Shown: positions 13,453-26,593, counted from the first letter of the stretch. The stretch is DNA of 64,000 bases from Hemiscyllium ocellatum (GCF_020745735.1 NC_083403.1:74743003-74807002); one strand, 5' to 3'. The notes: generated from the sequence alone by a model not told the origin. Numbers and translations are program-made.

Positions 13453-13770
13453 TTAGATTAGATTACTAACAGTGTGGAAACAGGCCCTTCGGCCCAACAA
13501 GTCCACGTCGACCCTCCAAAGAGCAACCCAACCAGACCCATTCCCCTACATTTACCCCTTCACCTAACACTACGGGTAATTTCGCATGGCCATTCACCTA
13601 ACCTGCACATCTTTTGGATTGTGGGAGGAAACCGGAGCACCCGGAGGAAACCCAAGCAGACACTAGGAGAATGTGTGAACTCCACACAGACAGTTGTCTG
13701 AGGCAGGAATCGAACCCAGGTCTCTGGCATGTGAGGCAGCAGTGCTAACCACTGTGCCACCGTGCCGCCC
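13453..13770 (-). mobile_element. HE1-type SINE, full length
   Basis: Reverse complement starts gggcggcacggtggcacagtggttagc and ends in an (aatct)n-type tail. Confidence 0.92.
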
Positions 13771-13804
13771 ATTGTCCGAGTGTTTTTTTTAACAGGTAGC
13801 GTAT

Positions 13805-13875
13805 CGCCCAACGTGGGGCTCGAACCCGCGACCTTGAGATCGAGTCTCATGCTCTACTGACTGAGCTAGCCAGGT
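13805..13875 (-). pseudogene. tRNA-Lys(CTT) pseudogene
   Basis: Minus strand acctggctagctcagtcagtagagcatgagactcgatctcaaggtcgcgggttcgagccccacgttgggcg aligns to the vertebrate tRNA-Lys-CTT sequence; 2-nt deletion destroys the anticodon loop; acceptor-stem mismatches. Confidence 0.88.
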
Positions 13876-13994
13876 GCCATAAATGTGTTTATGTTCTGAT
13901 TCATTAAGTAGTTGAAGTAATATTGGACTACGCATCCTCACCACTTCATGTTTTACATTCTTGCCCATGTGTTAACCTGCTCCCGTGAATAACA

Positions 13995-14090
13995 TTTTCC
14001 ATAGATGTTACCTGACCTGCTGAGTTTTTCCATCCTTTTTTTGTTCTTATTTCAATCTTCCAGCACCTGAAGGTATTTTGCTTTTTTCAA
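13995..14090 (+). mobile_element. Old PLE-type terminal repeat remnant
   Basis: agatgttacctgacctgctgagtttttcca...ttccagcacctg resembles the PLE terminus seen elsewhere; similar remnants at 32278-32400 (-), 43590-43690 (+) and 57325-57400 (+). Confidence 0.55.
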
Positions 14091-14532
14091 GCATTTTGTG
14101 GATGTTTCATTCGTAGTATATCCTCTCACCCCACTTCTCAGTTAGTAAATCAATGTTGCATTTTTGTTCAGAGGTCTAATTTTCTTTCCCTGTGAAATGC
14201 TCAAAACAGCATACTGCATTGTGCAGACATAAAATGCTGCAGTGTGACTGTTCTCTGCAACGTTTTTTTTGTGTTTGGTGTTGTTATGCATAAATTTCAA
14301 GAAATCTTTGAGCCACTTTTTTTCCTCCACTGTTAGTGTGTCTCATGTAATTTCTGTGTCTACGCCTTGGATTTCTCTCAGCCTCTGTTCCCTTGAAGAT
14401 GAATCCTTGTTTTTGGATTTATTTTCATCATTTTATATGCAAATATGCTGTATAAATTTTTGCTTAAGCTAGGTATGTGGCTTCCTGTGCTGACTGGGTT
14501 TGAGGGAACAAGGAGAATAACTAGAGGCATAA

Positions 14533-15490
14533 AGTCATGGAGATGTATAGCACTGAAACAGAGCCTGTGGTCCAACTCGTCCAGATATGCTAACCTAATC
14601 TAGTCCCATTTGCTAGCACTTTTCCCATATCCCTCTAAACCCTTCCTGTTCATATATCCATCCAGATGCCTTTTAAATGCTGTAATTATACCAGCCTCCA
14701 CCATCTCCTCTGGCAGCTCATTCCATGCATGCACTATCCCCTGCATGAAAAGGTTGCCCCTTAGGTCCCTTTTATACCTTTCCCCTCTCACCCTAAACTT
14801 ATGCCCTCTAGTTCCGGACTCCCCCACCCCAGGGAAAAGACCTTGTCTGTTTATCCTATCCATGCCCCTCATGATTTTATAAACCTTGATAAGGTCACCT
14901 CTCAGACTCCGACACTCCGGGTAAAATAGGCCCAACCTACTGAGCCTCTCCCTATAGCTCAAATCCTCTAACCCTGGCAACATGCTTGTAAATCTTTTCT
15001 GAGCTCTATCACAGCATTCTTCCAATAGAAAGGAGACCAGAATTGCACGCAATATTCCAAAAGTGGCCGAATCAATGTCCTGTACAGCTGCAACATGACC
15101 TCCCAAATCCTATACTCACTGCTCTGACCAATAAAAGAAAGCATACCAAATGCCTTCTTCACTATCCTGTCTATCTGCGACTATGCTTTCAAGGAACTAT
15201 GAACCTGCACTCCAAGCCTCTGACTAGAGAGTCCCCTATCACAGTCGATCGGTTGGAACCCGAAGTACCCCTCATTACATTAGAGCCTGTCTTGATACCA
15301 GAAACTTGGCTGTTCGTGCTACGTTCCCCGAGAGTCCATCACCCCCGACATTTTCCAAAGCAGTATACTTGTTTGAGATGGGGATAGCCACAGGGGACTC
15401 CTGCACGACCTGCCTACCTTTCCTGGAGTTAACCCATCTTTCTGTATCTGCTGCTTTTCTCCCTTCCTATAACTGCCATCCATTACATTG
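14533..15490 (-). mobile_element. Young CR1 (HER1-like) LINE 3' fragment with internal deletions
   Basis: ORFs give LYRTLIRPLLEYCVQFWSP and QKRFTSMLPGLEDLSYRERLSRLGLF...RGDLIKVYKIMRG...TRGH..WNELP; 3' UTR at the left end; jump to another element region at about 15220. Confidence 0.9.
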
Positions 15491-17292
15491 ACCTTTTTAG
15501 TTAGGTTCTGTAAAAATGTGTAAGTGTTAAATATTTCCAGCAGGGGATGCTACAAACCAAGCTAAATTGAGTTGTACAACTGCCATCATATAAATTTCTG
15601 AAAATATTTTCATAGATTATATTAGATCTATAGATCTTCCAACACTGTCTATGTGGACTTTTGCAGATTAGGAGGATTCAGTTTCATCTCTCCTGTGTTC
15701 TTGACAAAGGTCTAGAGTGAGAACATGCCCTCTGTGAAGTGTTAATGCTAAAGTCATAAACTAATTTATAAATATTATAAATTTGACTTCATTCCAGATG
15801 GTGCACAGAGTAGATTGTTATTGTTATTTTTATGCCACAACCTGTTTTGTAGATTCAGAAGTCGTGTGCATTGTATGTTATAGCTGATCAACTCCTTCCA
15901 TTGTAGCACCGAGAAATTTGTCTCATCAATTGTAACATTGCATTAATTTTCTGTCTTGTTTACTAGGGATTGTGCAAGTCCAAATGGCACCTATCCTACA
16001 TTGATGCATTTAGATTTTAAAGTCGCAGAGAATCTCATGTAGTCTTTTTATTTGTTCTGACTGCTCTGATGTGTTCTCTTTTATCAAGAATGGCAGATTA
16101 TGTTAATTGACAAAATTCTCAATCGATATCCATATAGTTCTGTATCAGATTATGTGATGCACTTTATTGGGCGATTTTTAAACATTTCTTTTGCAATGTT
16201 TTACCTTATGGCATGGACCTGACAATGTAACGTAGTATCAGTGACTTGGGAGGTGACACAGCAATTATTGATTTTCTGACTTTTTTAGTATTCAAACAAC
16301 CTTTTACAGATCCGTTCTTTATTCCAAAGATAGTTATCCAGTTAAGTTATAACATCAAATTGATGGTTGTGTGCATGCTTGTGATATGTTAAACATTTCC
16401 AATGTTTTATTTTTGAATGCTTTCGGGTTCCAGGGAAAGGTTTTTGAGTTTCTGAAATGTTGCATCTTATTCATTTAGCTGACCATTGCATTCGATTCCT
16501 TTTGTGGCCTGAACTGATTAGATTCAACAACTTTAACCACACACCTATCACGGCTTTAACATTTTATGATTATGGTGGTGCCAAATATTTGATCACTGTT
16601 CCTGTTTAATTCCACGAACGTTATATGTAAAAGCTCTAAAAGATAAATTTCACGTTTCACGACCACTTGGTTGCACTTGAATGGCAGGATTGAATCTGAC
16701 TGCAGCCCACAGTCATACCCAAGTGGTTGAAAGGAAATACTAAAGTAAAACAAATTTGACGGTACCTTCCCAAAACGAAAGCAAACTGAGAAGGAGTTCC
16801 AGCTTACTGTTTGACCAAAAATGGAGAAAAGATCTTCAGAGGAACACCAAATTCAAAACAGTTGGAGGATAGTAATTCATGTAAAATTTGTGTGAAGATT
16901 TGGAATATCCTGAACTAGAAAACATTGTGTTTATTTATTACGTCTTTTAATATTAACAAATTCCCCAAGGCCTAAATAGATTTTATGTATTTATCCAGAA
17001 AAAATGAATTTTTCCTTGAAACACCGCTCCAATAGCCCATGTAGGATATCCTTTCTGTATACTGTAGTTTTTTTCGTGGTTGTGGTTTCACAGGCACCAA
17101 GCACACTCGTTCAAGTGACCATTCTTCAAATGTAGATGTTGGCTGATAATTAGATGCACTTGAGATTTCAGCAAGCCTGATTGTGTTTGCACCAGATGTC
17201 AGCTTTCCAGCAGTAGTCATAAGATTGTGATCAGGTACGGAGAAATGCAAATATTTCTCCCAACCTAGCCATAAGACTGAGAGACGGATCAT

Positions 17293-17640
17293 GGCATGGG
17301 CGCTCAGTGGTTAGCACTGCTGCCTCACAGTGCCAGGGATCTGGGTTCAGTTCCAGTTTCGGGTGACTGTCTGTGTCGAATTTGCATACTCTCTTCATGT
17401 CTGTGGGGGTTTCCTCCAGGTGCTTCGGTTTCCTCCCACAATCCAAAGATTGTGCAGGTTAGGTGAATTGGCCATGCTGAATTGCCCATAATGTTCAGGG
17501 TTGTGTAAGTTGGATGCACTAGTCAGAAGAAATGTAGAGTAACAGGTTGATAGAATGGGTTTGGGGTAGATTACTCGTTGGAGGGTTGGTGTGGACTTGT
17601 TGGGCTGAAGGGCTGTTTCCACACTCTTGGAATTCTATTT
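17293..17640 (+). mobile_element. HE1-type SINE
   Basis: Head ctcagtggttagcactgctgcctcacag, HE1 body and 3' end gctgtttccacact. Confidence 0.9.
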
Positions 17641-17994
17641 TTATATTATTTTGTAAATGTTTTCAGAAAAGTATTAAAATGAATAGTCATGTGATGAAGA
17701 GAGTTTATGATCTACCCTCAATTCTTTTATTATCCCACCCTCCTGGCATCAATGTTTCTGAGAGAGGAAGGATTAGAATTATAAAGATAATTTATCATAA
17801 AAGTTGGGAAGTGTCAGCTGTAACAAGTTACATGCAGTAAATTCGCCATCCTCCAAAAAGTGTCTAATATTAACTATATTTTTTGTTCACTCAGTTTGCT
17901 TCATATTCATTGTATTGCAATTTTTGCTGTTTACAGCACACCTTACATGTTGTAATAGGAATAAATGTAGAATTTTAAAATCTCCTTTCTCTTC

Positions 17995-18550
17995 TGTACC
18001 TCTGAGTAAGCAGTTTAACTGTATACGTGTCAGTATCCAATTCTGGACACTGCACTTTTCGGAAAGATATGAAGCCATTGAAGAGAGTGCTGGAGAGATT
18101 TACAAGAATGGTTACAGGAATAGGCAAATTCAGTTAGGAAGATGCATTGTAGAGATGGGACTGTTCTGTTTGGAGAAGGGAATGCTGAGAGCAAATTTGA
18201 TTGAAGTAATCAAAATTATGAGAAGACTGGACAGAGTAACTAGGGAGAAAATGTTCTCTGTCATTAAAGTATGAAGAATTGCACATTTAAAGTACTTAGT
18301 GAAAGAAGCAAATGTGATACTTGACAAGAAATTCTCAAGTAGTGAATGGTTAGGGTCTGGAATGGCCTGTCTTACTGTGTGGTGGAACCAAGTTCAATCA
18401 AGGCATCCACAAAAGGATGGCTAGTTGAAAAGCAGCAACGTGCATTGTTATTGGGAGAAGGCAGGAGAATGGCACGAGGTAAAATGCTCTGTTGGAGAGC
18501 TGATATAGAGCCAATGGGCTGAATAATGTTCTGTCTGTAGCAATTGTGAT
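17995..18550 (+). mobile_element. Old CR1 3' fragment
   Basis: IQFWTLHF, LGLFCLEK.MLRANLIEVIKIMR, plus CR1-type 3' UTR. Confidence 0.75.
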
Positions 18551-18613
18551 TTAGCAAGAAGCTATCCCTTCCACTATGATTTCATTAATTTGTCTCTTTT
18601 TTTCTTCTCCCAG

Positions 18614-18734
18614 CTACTCTGAAGATGTTATCCCCCAACATCCTTGCTTGAAACTTATTAGTAACTGTGAACAGTCTCTCACAACTCATACATCACGGCA
18701 GTTGATTACAATGGAAAAAGTGAAGGAATTTGAG
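18614..18734 (+). CDS. TRMT11: TRMT11 (tRNA guanine-10 N2-methyltransferase) internal coding exon, probably the penultimate one
   Basis: Strong acceptor (tctctttttttcttctcccag) and donor (GAG/gtatga); 121 nt reading xYSEDVIPQHPCLKLISNCEQSLTTHTSRQLITMEKVKEFE, matching my recollection of human TRMT11 YTEEMVPWHPCLELVSNCEQKLSSHTSRRLITMEKVKKFE. Confidence 0.92.
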
Positions 18735-19774
18735 GTATGAAAGCAGTATATCAGTTTGTTTTTCACTATTCAATTTTTAACTGGAAGGAGGTTGGGCACT
18801 TATGTGGAATGTTGCATTTTAATGGGGGAGGGAAGAGCTTGAAGGTATGCTATATGGGTGACTTTATCTGTATTAATCAGATACTATAGAGAGAATTCTA
18901 AAATTATTTCTTTATTTACATTTCATAAGATGCATACAAATTATTTGTCTTGCATATTAAGTGCCATCTGGAGACTTAGGTCAAAGAGCAATAAATCTCA
19001 GGAAGGCTTGAGATCAGAGAAATGTTCCTTTCCAACAGAGGATCTCTGTGTGGGTTGTCCTTTAGACTGAAGTGTTTCATTGTCCTCTCAGTTGGACACA
19101 AGATTGCACAGAGATGGTAAAATGGTGCGAAATGGCGTGGAAAACAATTAGTTCTGGATCACTAATGTCAGATGTTCCAAAAAATGTTAAAAATACATAG
19201 GTGGTCAAGTCAGAATTTGGCAGCTGTATACAGATAATTGGCCTACCTTGTCAACTTTCCAGCATTTTCAGGCATTCAATTTTTATTCAGATAGTCTGGA
19301 ATTTTGTTTGACTTCATTTTATGTGTAAGCAGAGAGAAGCTTTGCAGGACCTCTCCATGGCATACTACATGTGCGACTAGCACTAATGATATAGCAGGAT
19401 GAATATGGCATACAGAATCAACGATGTGTTGGGTGAAATAGGCTTTTCTTTATCAAAGGGGCTTAATTTTGCTGCTTAGTGTGCTTACCTTAACAGTGGG
19501 TCAAATTCTGGGTTTGGACCTCAGAAGAGCAAGTGGCAAGCATTTGATTTTCCTGTTGCAGAACAATCTAGAACTGAGAGGCCCATCTAGTTTGGGACAG
19601 TGTCAGGATGCCTCCCGAAGGTGGATGTGTGTGCATTGCCTGGCATTTAGTAAGTATAGAAGTGGTATCACAGAGGTGCCTTGAATAGGAGGGAACTGAC
19701 TAATATTGAAGCAAGGAGGTCTGTCTCCATTAGATGGCTAAAGAGCATTTCCTGCTGCTTGGGGTTGGAGCCCC

Positions 19775-20195
19775 TTTATGAACAGGTGGGTCTGTGCCCA
19801 TTGAAGTTTAGAAGAATGAGAGGTGACCTTAATGAAATCTCTGTGTTTTCATAGAGTAAATTCTCAGAGGATGGTTCCTCTTTAGGAGGAGACTCAAACA
19901 AGGGGACACTGTATAAATACAAGAGATCTCTTTTTTAAAACCAAGATAAGGAGAAGTAGTTTTGTGTCAGAGGATTGTGGTTCATGGAATTCGGTTCCTC
20001 AGAAAGCCAAGGATGCTGTATCATTAAAATCATTCAGGGCTAAGTTGTGTAGATGTTTGATAAACGTGGGAATCGTGGGGTATGAGGGACGGATAGAAAA
20101 GTGCAATTAAGACCACAATCTGATTAGTCATGATCTTATGAACTGGTGTAGCTTGTTGAAGGGCCACATGCCTAACCCTGTTCATAAATCCCACA
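19775..20195 (+). mobile_element. Old CR1 3' fragment
   Basis: Degenerate L.FRRMRGDL.E and ...GH motifs, plus CR1 3' UTR (gattagtcatgatcttatgaactgg). Confidence 0.7.
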
Positions 20196-20502
20196 TTGCT
20201 GTGCAGTATTGTAGACAAATAAATGTAAAGACTGAAATGAACAGTGGCTCAGACATCTCATTGCAAATCTAAGTGCAGTCTATTACAAGGCTCCCAACAT
20301 AGCACGGGCCTCCTATGATGCTGAGAAAGATGCAACCTTAGAGGAATTGTTTCCCTTCTGTTTCACGGAGCAGGTTGCCGGTTCGCGTGAGAACCCGCCC
20401 TTGGAAAAGACAGAATAGAAATTAGGAGTCATGCAGCTGAATGGGGTTCCCTCTGCTTTCCCAGCCCAACATGTCCCTGTCTCCAAAATAGCTTTCATAG
20501 GG

Positions 20503-21700
20503 CCAAGTTAAAAATATCACACAACACCAGGTTATAGTCCAACAGGTTTATTTGGAAGCACTAGCTTTTGGAGTGCTGCTCCTTCATCAGGTGGTTGTGA
20601 AATATAAGGTCATAAGACACAGAATTTATAACAAAAAAACTTAGTGTCATGCAACTGAAACAATATATTGAACAAACCTGAATTGTTAAGTCTTTCATCT
20701 TTTAGAATGGAGTGCGGGTTTTGGTTCATTAATATGTAAATCTTAGAACTTCTTTCAAGTTATTGTTGAGATAATAAGGTTTTATAACTAAAGGTGACGT
20801 CTCAGCTCAGACAATGCATTAAAGGTGTGAGATTAGAGTCTGTCTATATTCCAATCTGGAGTCTGACTGGTTTTATTTCCAAAGTGGAGTATACAAGATA
20901 TTACGTGTAGAGACACTACAGATTTCTAACAGAAACTGAGCACCCACGGACTGGTCAAACCAGGAACGTTTCTCGTCATAATGGATGTTTCAACACTCTA
21001 CACTAGCATCCCCCACGATGACGGCATCGCTGCAACAGCCTCAGTACTCAACACCAAGAATTGCCAATCTCCGAGCACCATCCAGAACTCATCTGCTTCG
21101 TCCTCGACCACAACATTTTCACCTTTGACAACCAGTGCTTCATCCAGACACATGGAACAGCCATGGGAACCAAGTTTGCACCCCAATATGCCAACATTTT
21201 CATGCACAAATTTGAACAAGACTTATTTGCTGCACAGGATCTCTAACCAACTCCATACACTAGATATAACGGTAACATTTTCTTCCTCTGGACCCATGGC
21301 GAGGAGTCACTGAAACAACTACACAGTGATATCAATGAGTTTCATCCCACCATCAGACTTGCCATGGACTACTCTTTAGTATCTGCCTCATTCTTGTGCA
21401 TGTGCATCCCCATCAAGGATGGGCACCTCAGTACCTCACTCTACTGCAAATCCACAGATGCTACACAATGTTACACTTCACCAGCTTCCACCCTAAACAT
21501 ATTAAAGCAGCCATCCTCTACGGACAAGCCCTGTGTAAATGAGGAGAACATGATGGACACCTGAAGGTGCACAATAATACCCTCCTAAGAAAAGGGTACA
21601 ATGCTCAACTCATTGATTGCCAATTCCAACATTCCACAGCAAGAAACCATAATGACCTCCTCAGGAGACAAACACGGGTTGCAACCGAAAGGGTACTCTT
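20503..21700. mobile_element. Second-family Penelope-like element: inverted 3' terminus (20503-~20920, minus) joined to a plus-strand RT fragment (~20925-21700)
   Basis: RT motifs MDVSTLYTSIPHDDG, FTFDNQCFIQTHGTAMGTKFAPQYANIFM and FHPTIRL; minus-strand hammerhead-like motif cac-CTGATGA-aggag(cagca)ctcc-aAAAGCTA-gtg at 20559-20593 with G12 mutated. Confidence 0.85.
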
Positions 21701-22284
21701 CAATCCCTTAAAATTACCTAGGAGAATTTGGAGAAGAGGAGAATATAGGGCATTTTGATGTCCAAAAGAACCCTAATATGAAGGAAGAATGAGTTGTCAT
21801 ATGGTCACTTCTAAGTTAATTGTACCAAAAAAAGTTTTATGCTTATGCTCTGTTTGATCTCTGAGGAGTCATGGCACTGGTTGATGTTAAACCAGTGAGG
21901 CAGCTTTATTGATGTGTTGTCTTCTACAAGCATCACTTGGGGACATCCTCACCGTGATGCTGTACTCTATGTTATTCTGTCTTCAAATCCGTTGGGCTTT
22001 TTCCTTCTTCCAGGATCTCTGTATCTAGAATGAGGTGCGTGGGCCCTAGCAAGCCATAACTCTGCAGAATACAAGATCTTGCATTATTTGCATTTAGTTA
22101 CAAAGGATATGGACTTACAGCAAGCTATTAAGATTGAAGAGACTACAAATTGGAGCTTGCAATGGTATTTGTGTCATGTGTTTATCCATTTTAGAAGAAT
22201 TGGGGAATTCTTGCAGCTTAGCACATATTAGGGCGGAGGCCAAAAAAACCATTGAAGAGCCAATGGGACACTGTAAAAATTGCA

Positions 22285-22750
22285 ATTGTTATGAGACTGA
22301 TAGCTGAAAAGAGTGGGTTGTCTTATGAAGACAGGCTGGGCTCATTTTCAGTAGAGTCGAGAAACTGAGTGATTTGATTGAAATGTATATGATCCTTAAA
22401 GATTTTGTCGAGGTAGATTTGACAAGGGTGTTTCCACTTGTGGGTGAGTCAAGTACTAGGAGGCATTTTTAAACTTAGGGGTCATCCTTTCAGGGCAGAG
22501 ATGGGCAAATTGTTTTCTGAGGGTTGTGAGACTTTGAGAATCTCTGTCTCAAGATGGTGGTTATGATGGGATCATTGAATGACTTTAAGGTGCAGAAAAA
22601 GTCTTGTTAGGTGAGGAAAACAAGGGTCATCAGGGGTAGATGGGAATATGGAATTTGAAATACAGACAAATCAGCCATGATCTTACAGAATGATGAAACA
22701 CACTCAAGGGGTCAACTGTTCTACCTTTGTTCCTGATTTGTATGGTTATA
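22285..22750 (+). mobile_element. Old CR1 3' fragment
   Basis: GLSYEDRLG.FS.E...DLIE.Y.ILK motif and CR1 3' UTR. Confidence 0.72.
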
Positions 22751-23120
22751 TGCAATTGTTAGGACAGAGTGTTCAAAGAATTTTTGTGGAGTTAAAATGT
22801 TGCTATCAGCACAATTGTAGCTTTCATTGCTGCAAATTGTGTCAGTGGAGCAGAGCCATTAACTGCCTTGACATTCCACAACAGCTAATATGCAAAATTA
22901 TGAAAGCAGACTAAACCCAAAAGGACAATTGGGAATTCTGACCAGCAGGTTCAAATCAAAAAATCTGTACACTAAAAGGGAAGTGCCTGCGTATGGGAAT
23001 AAATGTTTGTTTTGGCCCAAAGCAACAAGAAAAATGAATTTCAGATACTTGATAACATTGGCCAAGGGAGAGTGCGAAGCACTAGGCAAGTGAAGGAAAA
23101 CTCAACAGAGTCCTAACTCT

Positions 23121-23402
23121 GGGGTGGCATTGTGGCTCAGCAGTGAGCACTGCTGCCTCACAGCTCCAGGGGCCTGGGTTTGATTCCTGCCTCAGTCTGT
23201 GTGGAGTTTGCACATTCTCCCCGTGTTTGCGTGGATTTCCTCTCACGATCCAAAGATGTGCACTTCAGGTGAATTGGCCATGCTAAATTGCCCATAATAT
23301 TAGGTGCATTAGTCAGAGGTAAAGTATAGGGTAAGGTCTGGGTGGGTTATTCTTTGGAAGGTCAGTGTGGACCTGTTGAGCCAAATCTAATCTAATCTAA
23401 TC
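23121..23402 (+). mobile_element. HE1-type SINE
   Basis: tRNA-like head, HE1 body and (aatct)n tail. Confidence 0.9.
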
Positions 23403-23849
23403 ACATCAGCTTCTGTGGGCAAGTGAAGGAGGTTTTATAACACTGGAACCCCTGTTTGTTTAATGGGTAAATGGTGATTTCTTTATATTAGGTTGATGTG
23501 AGAAGGACTTCTGGGACAGGTTCCTCTGACAACAGCAGGACAGCATTTCAGAGAGCAGGAGTTAAGGAGATTGTGCAGGACCTGAGAACAACAAATTATG
23601 TTAAAGATGGTATTTACCAACCTCCAAGTTGCATGCCAATCTTTCTTGGAAATATACCACCGTTCCATCACTATCACTGAGTTAAAATTCTGGAACTTGC
23701 TTCAGAACAGCACTGTGGATCTCTCTCCAGGGCTGCAGAGGTTCAAGAAGACAGCCCTCCACCACCACCAGGGCAGTTAGTGGTAGGTGATAAATGCTGG
23801 CCTCATTTATATCCATGAACAAATAAAACATAATATAACAAACATCTTA

Positions 23850-24888
23850 AATGCTTCACATGGCCTAACAGGAGATAAGATCAAATGACCAAAAGCTTGG
23901 TGAAAGTGGCAGATTTTGATGAGTTTCTTAAAGATGGAAACCGAGGTAGGGAGGCTGAGAGGTATAGGTAGGGAATTCTAGACCTCGGCACCTAATAGCA
24001 TCACCACCACTGGTGAAGCATTAAAATCAGGGATGTACAAGAGGCCTTAGATGAGCATAAATCTTGTGGTGCTGGAGGTGATTACTGTGATCGGGAGGTG
24101 TGAGGCCATAGATGGATATAAAATTGAGCATGAAAGTTTTAAAATAAAGGTGTTGCTTATCTAGAAGCCAATATCAGCTAGTGAGTACAGGGGTGTTGGG
24201 TAAAAGAGTACTGAGTTAGGATATGGGTAGCAGATGTTTTGATGACCTCTGGTATGCAGGAGATAGAATGTAGGAGATCAGCCAGGAGTTCATTGGAACA
24301 GTTAAGTCCAGAGATAACAAAGACACGAATGGAAGTTTGAGCAGAAGTTTGGAGCTAAAGTGAGGCGATATTACGGAGAGGGAAATAGGTGGTCTTCATG
24401 ATGGTGTGAATATTTGGGTATCACTCAATTCAGCATCAAATATAATACCAAGATTGCAAAGAGTCCGATTTGATCTTGGGTTGTGGCTAGATAGGGAAAT
24501 GGAATTTGTAATGTGGCAATGCTGTTTGGCAAAAGAATAAAAAAAAGGCATAATTCATCCCAATAATTGGTTGGAGTAAGTTTATGCTTATTCAGTACTG
24601 AATGTTGGATACACAGTCTGTAAATTTAGCAACTGTGAAGGAATAGCGAGATATGGTAGTGAGATAGAGTTGGGTGTTGACAGTGTGCATGTATTAATTA
24701 ATGTGGTGTTTCCAAATGATGTCACCAAGTTACAACATAGAGATAAATAAAAGTGGGCAAGAATAGATTATTGGAGTGACACTGGAAGTATCTTGGTGTG
24801 GAAGCAAGATAAGAAGCTGTCCCAAGAGATAGTCTAGTTGTGATTATATAAGAATGGAATCAGGAGAGAGCAGTCTCACCCAGCTGAT
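23850..24888 (-). mobile_element. Old L2-clade LINE 3' fragment
   Basis: Reverse complement resembles the L2 fragments at 54440-56060 (LGIIFDAEL, TYFPLRNIA, VISGLNCSN, VIKTSA..L). Confidence 0.6.
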
Positions 24889-25340
24889 TGTACCAGCCTC
24901 CACCACTTCCTCTGGCAGCTTGTTCCATAACATACCACACTCTGTGTGAAAAAGTTACCCCTCAGGTCCTTTTTAAATCTTTTCCCTCTTTCCTGAAACC
25001 TATATCCGCTGGTTTTGGACTTCCCCAACTCCAGGAAATAAGAGATGATATCATTAAAACTTAAAATATTATTAAAGAAATTAAGAGTGTAGATTGATAA
25101 AGGATGTGGAGTCTCCCTTGGCTGTGGAGTCTAGAATCAGAGGCACAGCCTCAGACAAGGGTTAAGTCATCCGGACTAATATGTGGAAGGGATACTTCAA
25201 GCAGGAGTGGTGAATCTCTGTAGTCCTCTAGCCCAGAGGCTTGTAGAAAATCACTGAATATGTGAAAGTTAGAGATTGATAGATTTCTAGGTACAATTGA
25301 CATCAAGGATTATAGGGATAGCACAGAAAAGTGACATTGG
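24889..25340. mobile_element. Two CR1 3' fragments (24889-25035 minus; 25040-25340 plus)
   Basis: The minus piece matches 14690-14835; the plus piece has the ESR.RGHSL motif and CR1 3' sequence. Confidence 0.7.
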
Positions 25341-25344
25341 ACTA

Positions 25345-26308
25345 ACTCTAGAGCTAGAAATCAATTGGGGGTTGGCTAGTCCATTTTCAAAACTCAGCTG
25401 CTAACCTAAGTGAGTATGCCACTATCATTACAGACTTCATGAGTATGTGTGTTGAACACCAATAACCAAATTTGAATGTTCCCAACTGGAAACCATGGAT
25501 GAACTGGGAGATCCACTCCCTACCAAAGTCCAGGACTGAGGCATTCAAGTTGGTCAACCTTGACCTATACAGGAAACCCAGGTACAAACTTTGTAAGTCT
25601 GTCAGAGATGCTAAGAGGCAAGATGAAACTAAGTTTGAGACCCAGACCAACCACAGGGATATCCATCATTTGTGGCAAGGCTTTCACGACAGAAAAGGGC
25701 TACAAAGTGAACTCGAACAGAATCGCAGGCAATAATATATCCATACACACTGAAGTCAGTGCATTCTACATTCGCCTTGAACTGAAGGTCAGTGAAACGA
25801 TGTCACTTATCTCAACAACTTCGGGCTGTACACACAGTCACTGCCGCAGACATTAGATCGGCCTTTTTGAAAGTGAACCCATGGAAAGCGACTGGCCCGG
25901 ATAGACTCTCTGGGCATGCACTCAGATCATGTGTGGACCAGCTGGTGGGTGTATTCACTGACATCTTTAACCTCCCCTTACTAAGATCTGAAGTCCTTAC
26001 TAAGATCTGAAGTCCTCACCTGCTTCAAGAAGACCACCACCATCCCAGTGCCAAAGGAAAATCAACCAGCATGCCTCAATGACCACTGTCTGGTGGCTCT
26101 CACATCCGTAACAATGAAGTGCTTCAAGAAGTTAGTCATGACTCACATCATCTCCACCTCGCCTTGATCCTTTGCAATTCATCTACTGGCACAACAGTAC
26201 CACTGCAGATGTCATCTCCCTGGCCTTAAACTCATCCCTGGAACATCGGGATAATAAAGATACCTAATCGGGCTCATACCTTTTGACTACAGCTCTGACT
26301 TCAATACT
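25345..26308 (+). mobile_element. Rex1/Babar-clade LINE RT fragment
   Basis: PNWKPWMN, KVNPWKATGPD.LSG.ALRSC.DQL.GVFTDIFNL, TCFKKTTTIPVPK, LND..VALTS..MKCF, LDPLQF and DYSS.FN motifs; 19-bp tandem duplication at about 25976-26015. Confidence 0.8.
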
Positions 26309-26593
26309 AGGGTGGCATGGTGGCTCAGTGGTTAGGGGGCATGGTGGCTCAGTGGTTAACATGCTGCCTCTCAGCGCCAGGATTCGATTCAAGTCTATGA
26401 GCAATTTAGCATGGCCAATTCACCTAAAGTACCCACCTTTGGATTATGGGAGGAAACCGGAGCACCCGAAGGAAACCCAAGCAGACACTGGGAGAATGTG
26501 CAAACTCCACACAAACAGTCGCCTGAGGCAGGAATCGAACCCGGGTCCCTGGAGCTGTGAGGCAGCAGTACTAACAACTGAGCCACTGTGCCG
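26309..26593. mobile_element. Two inverted HE1 SINE 5' parts fused together (plus 26309-~26395, minus ~26397-26593)
   Basis: Duplicated A-box head ggcatggtggctcagtggtta on the plus strand, then the 5' half of HE1 on the minus strand; neither has a tail. Confidence 0.82.

Noticed and set aside
13805-13875. Functional tRNA-Lys gene
   Set aside because: Anticodon loop deletion, acceptor-stem mismatches and no downstream T-run terminator.
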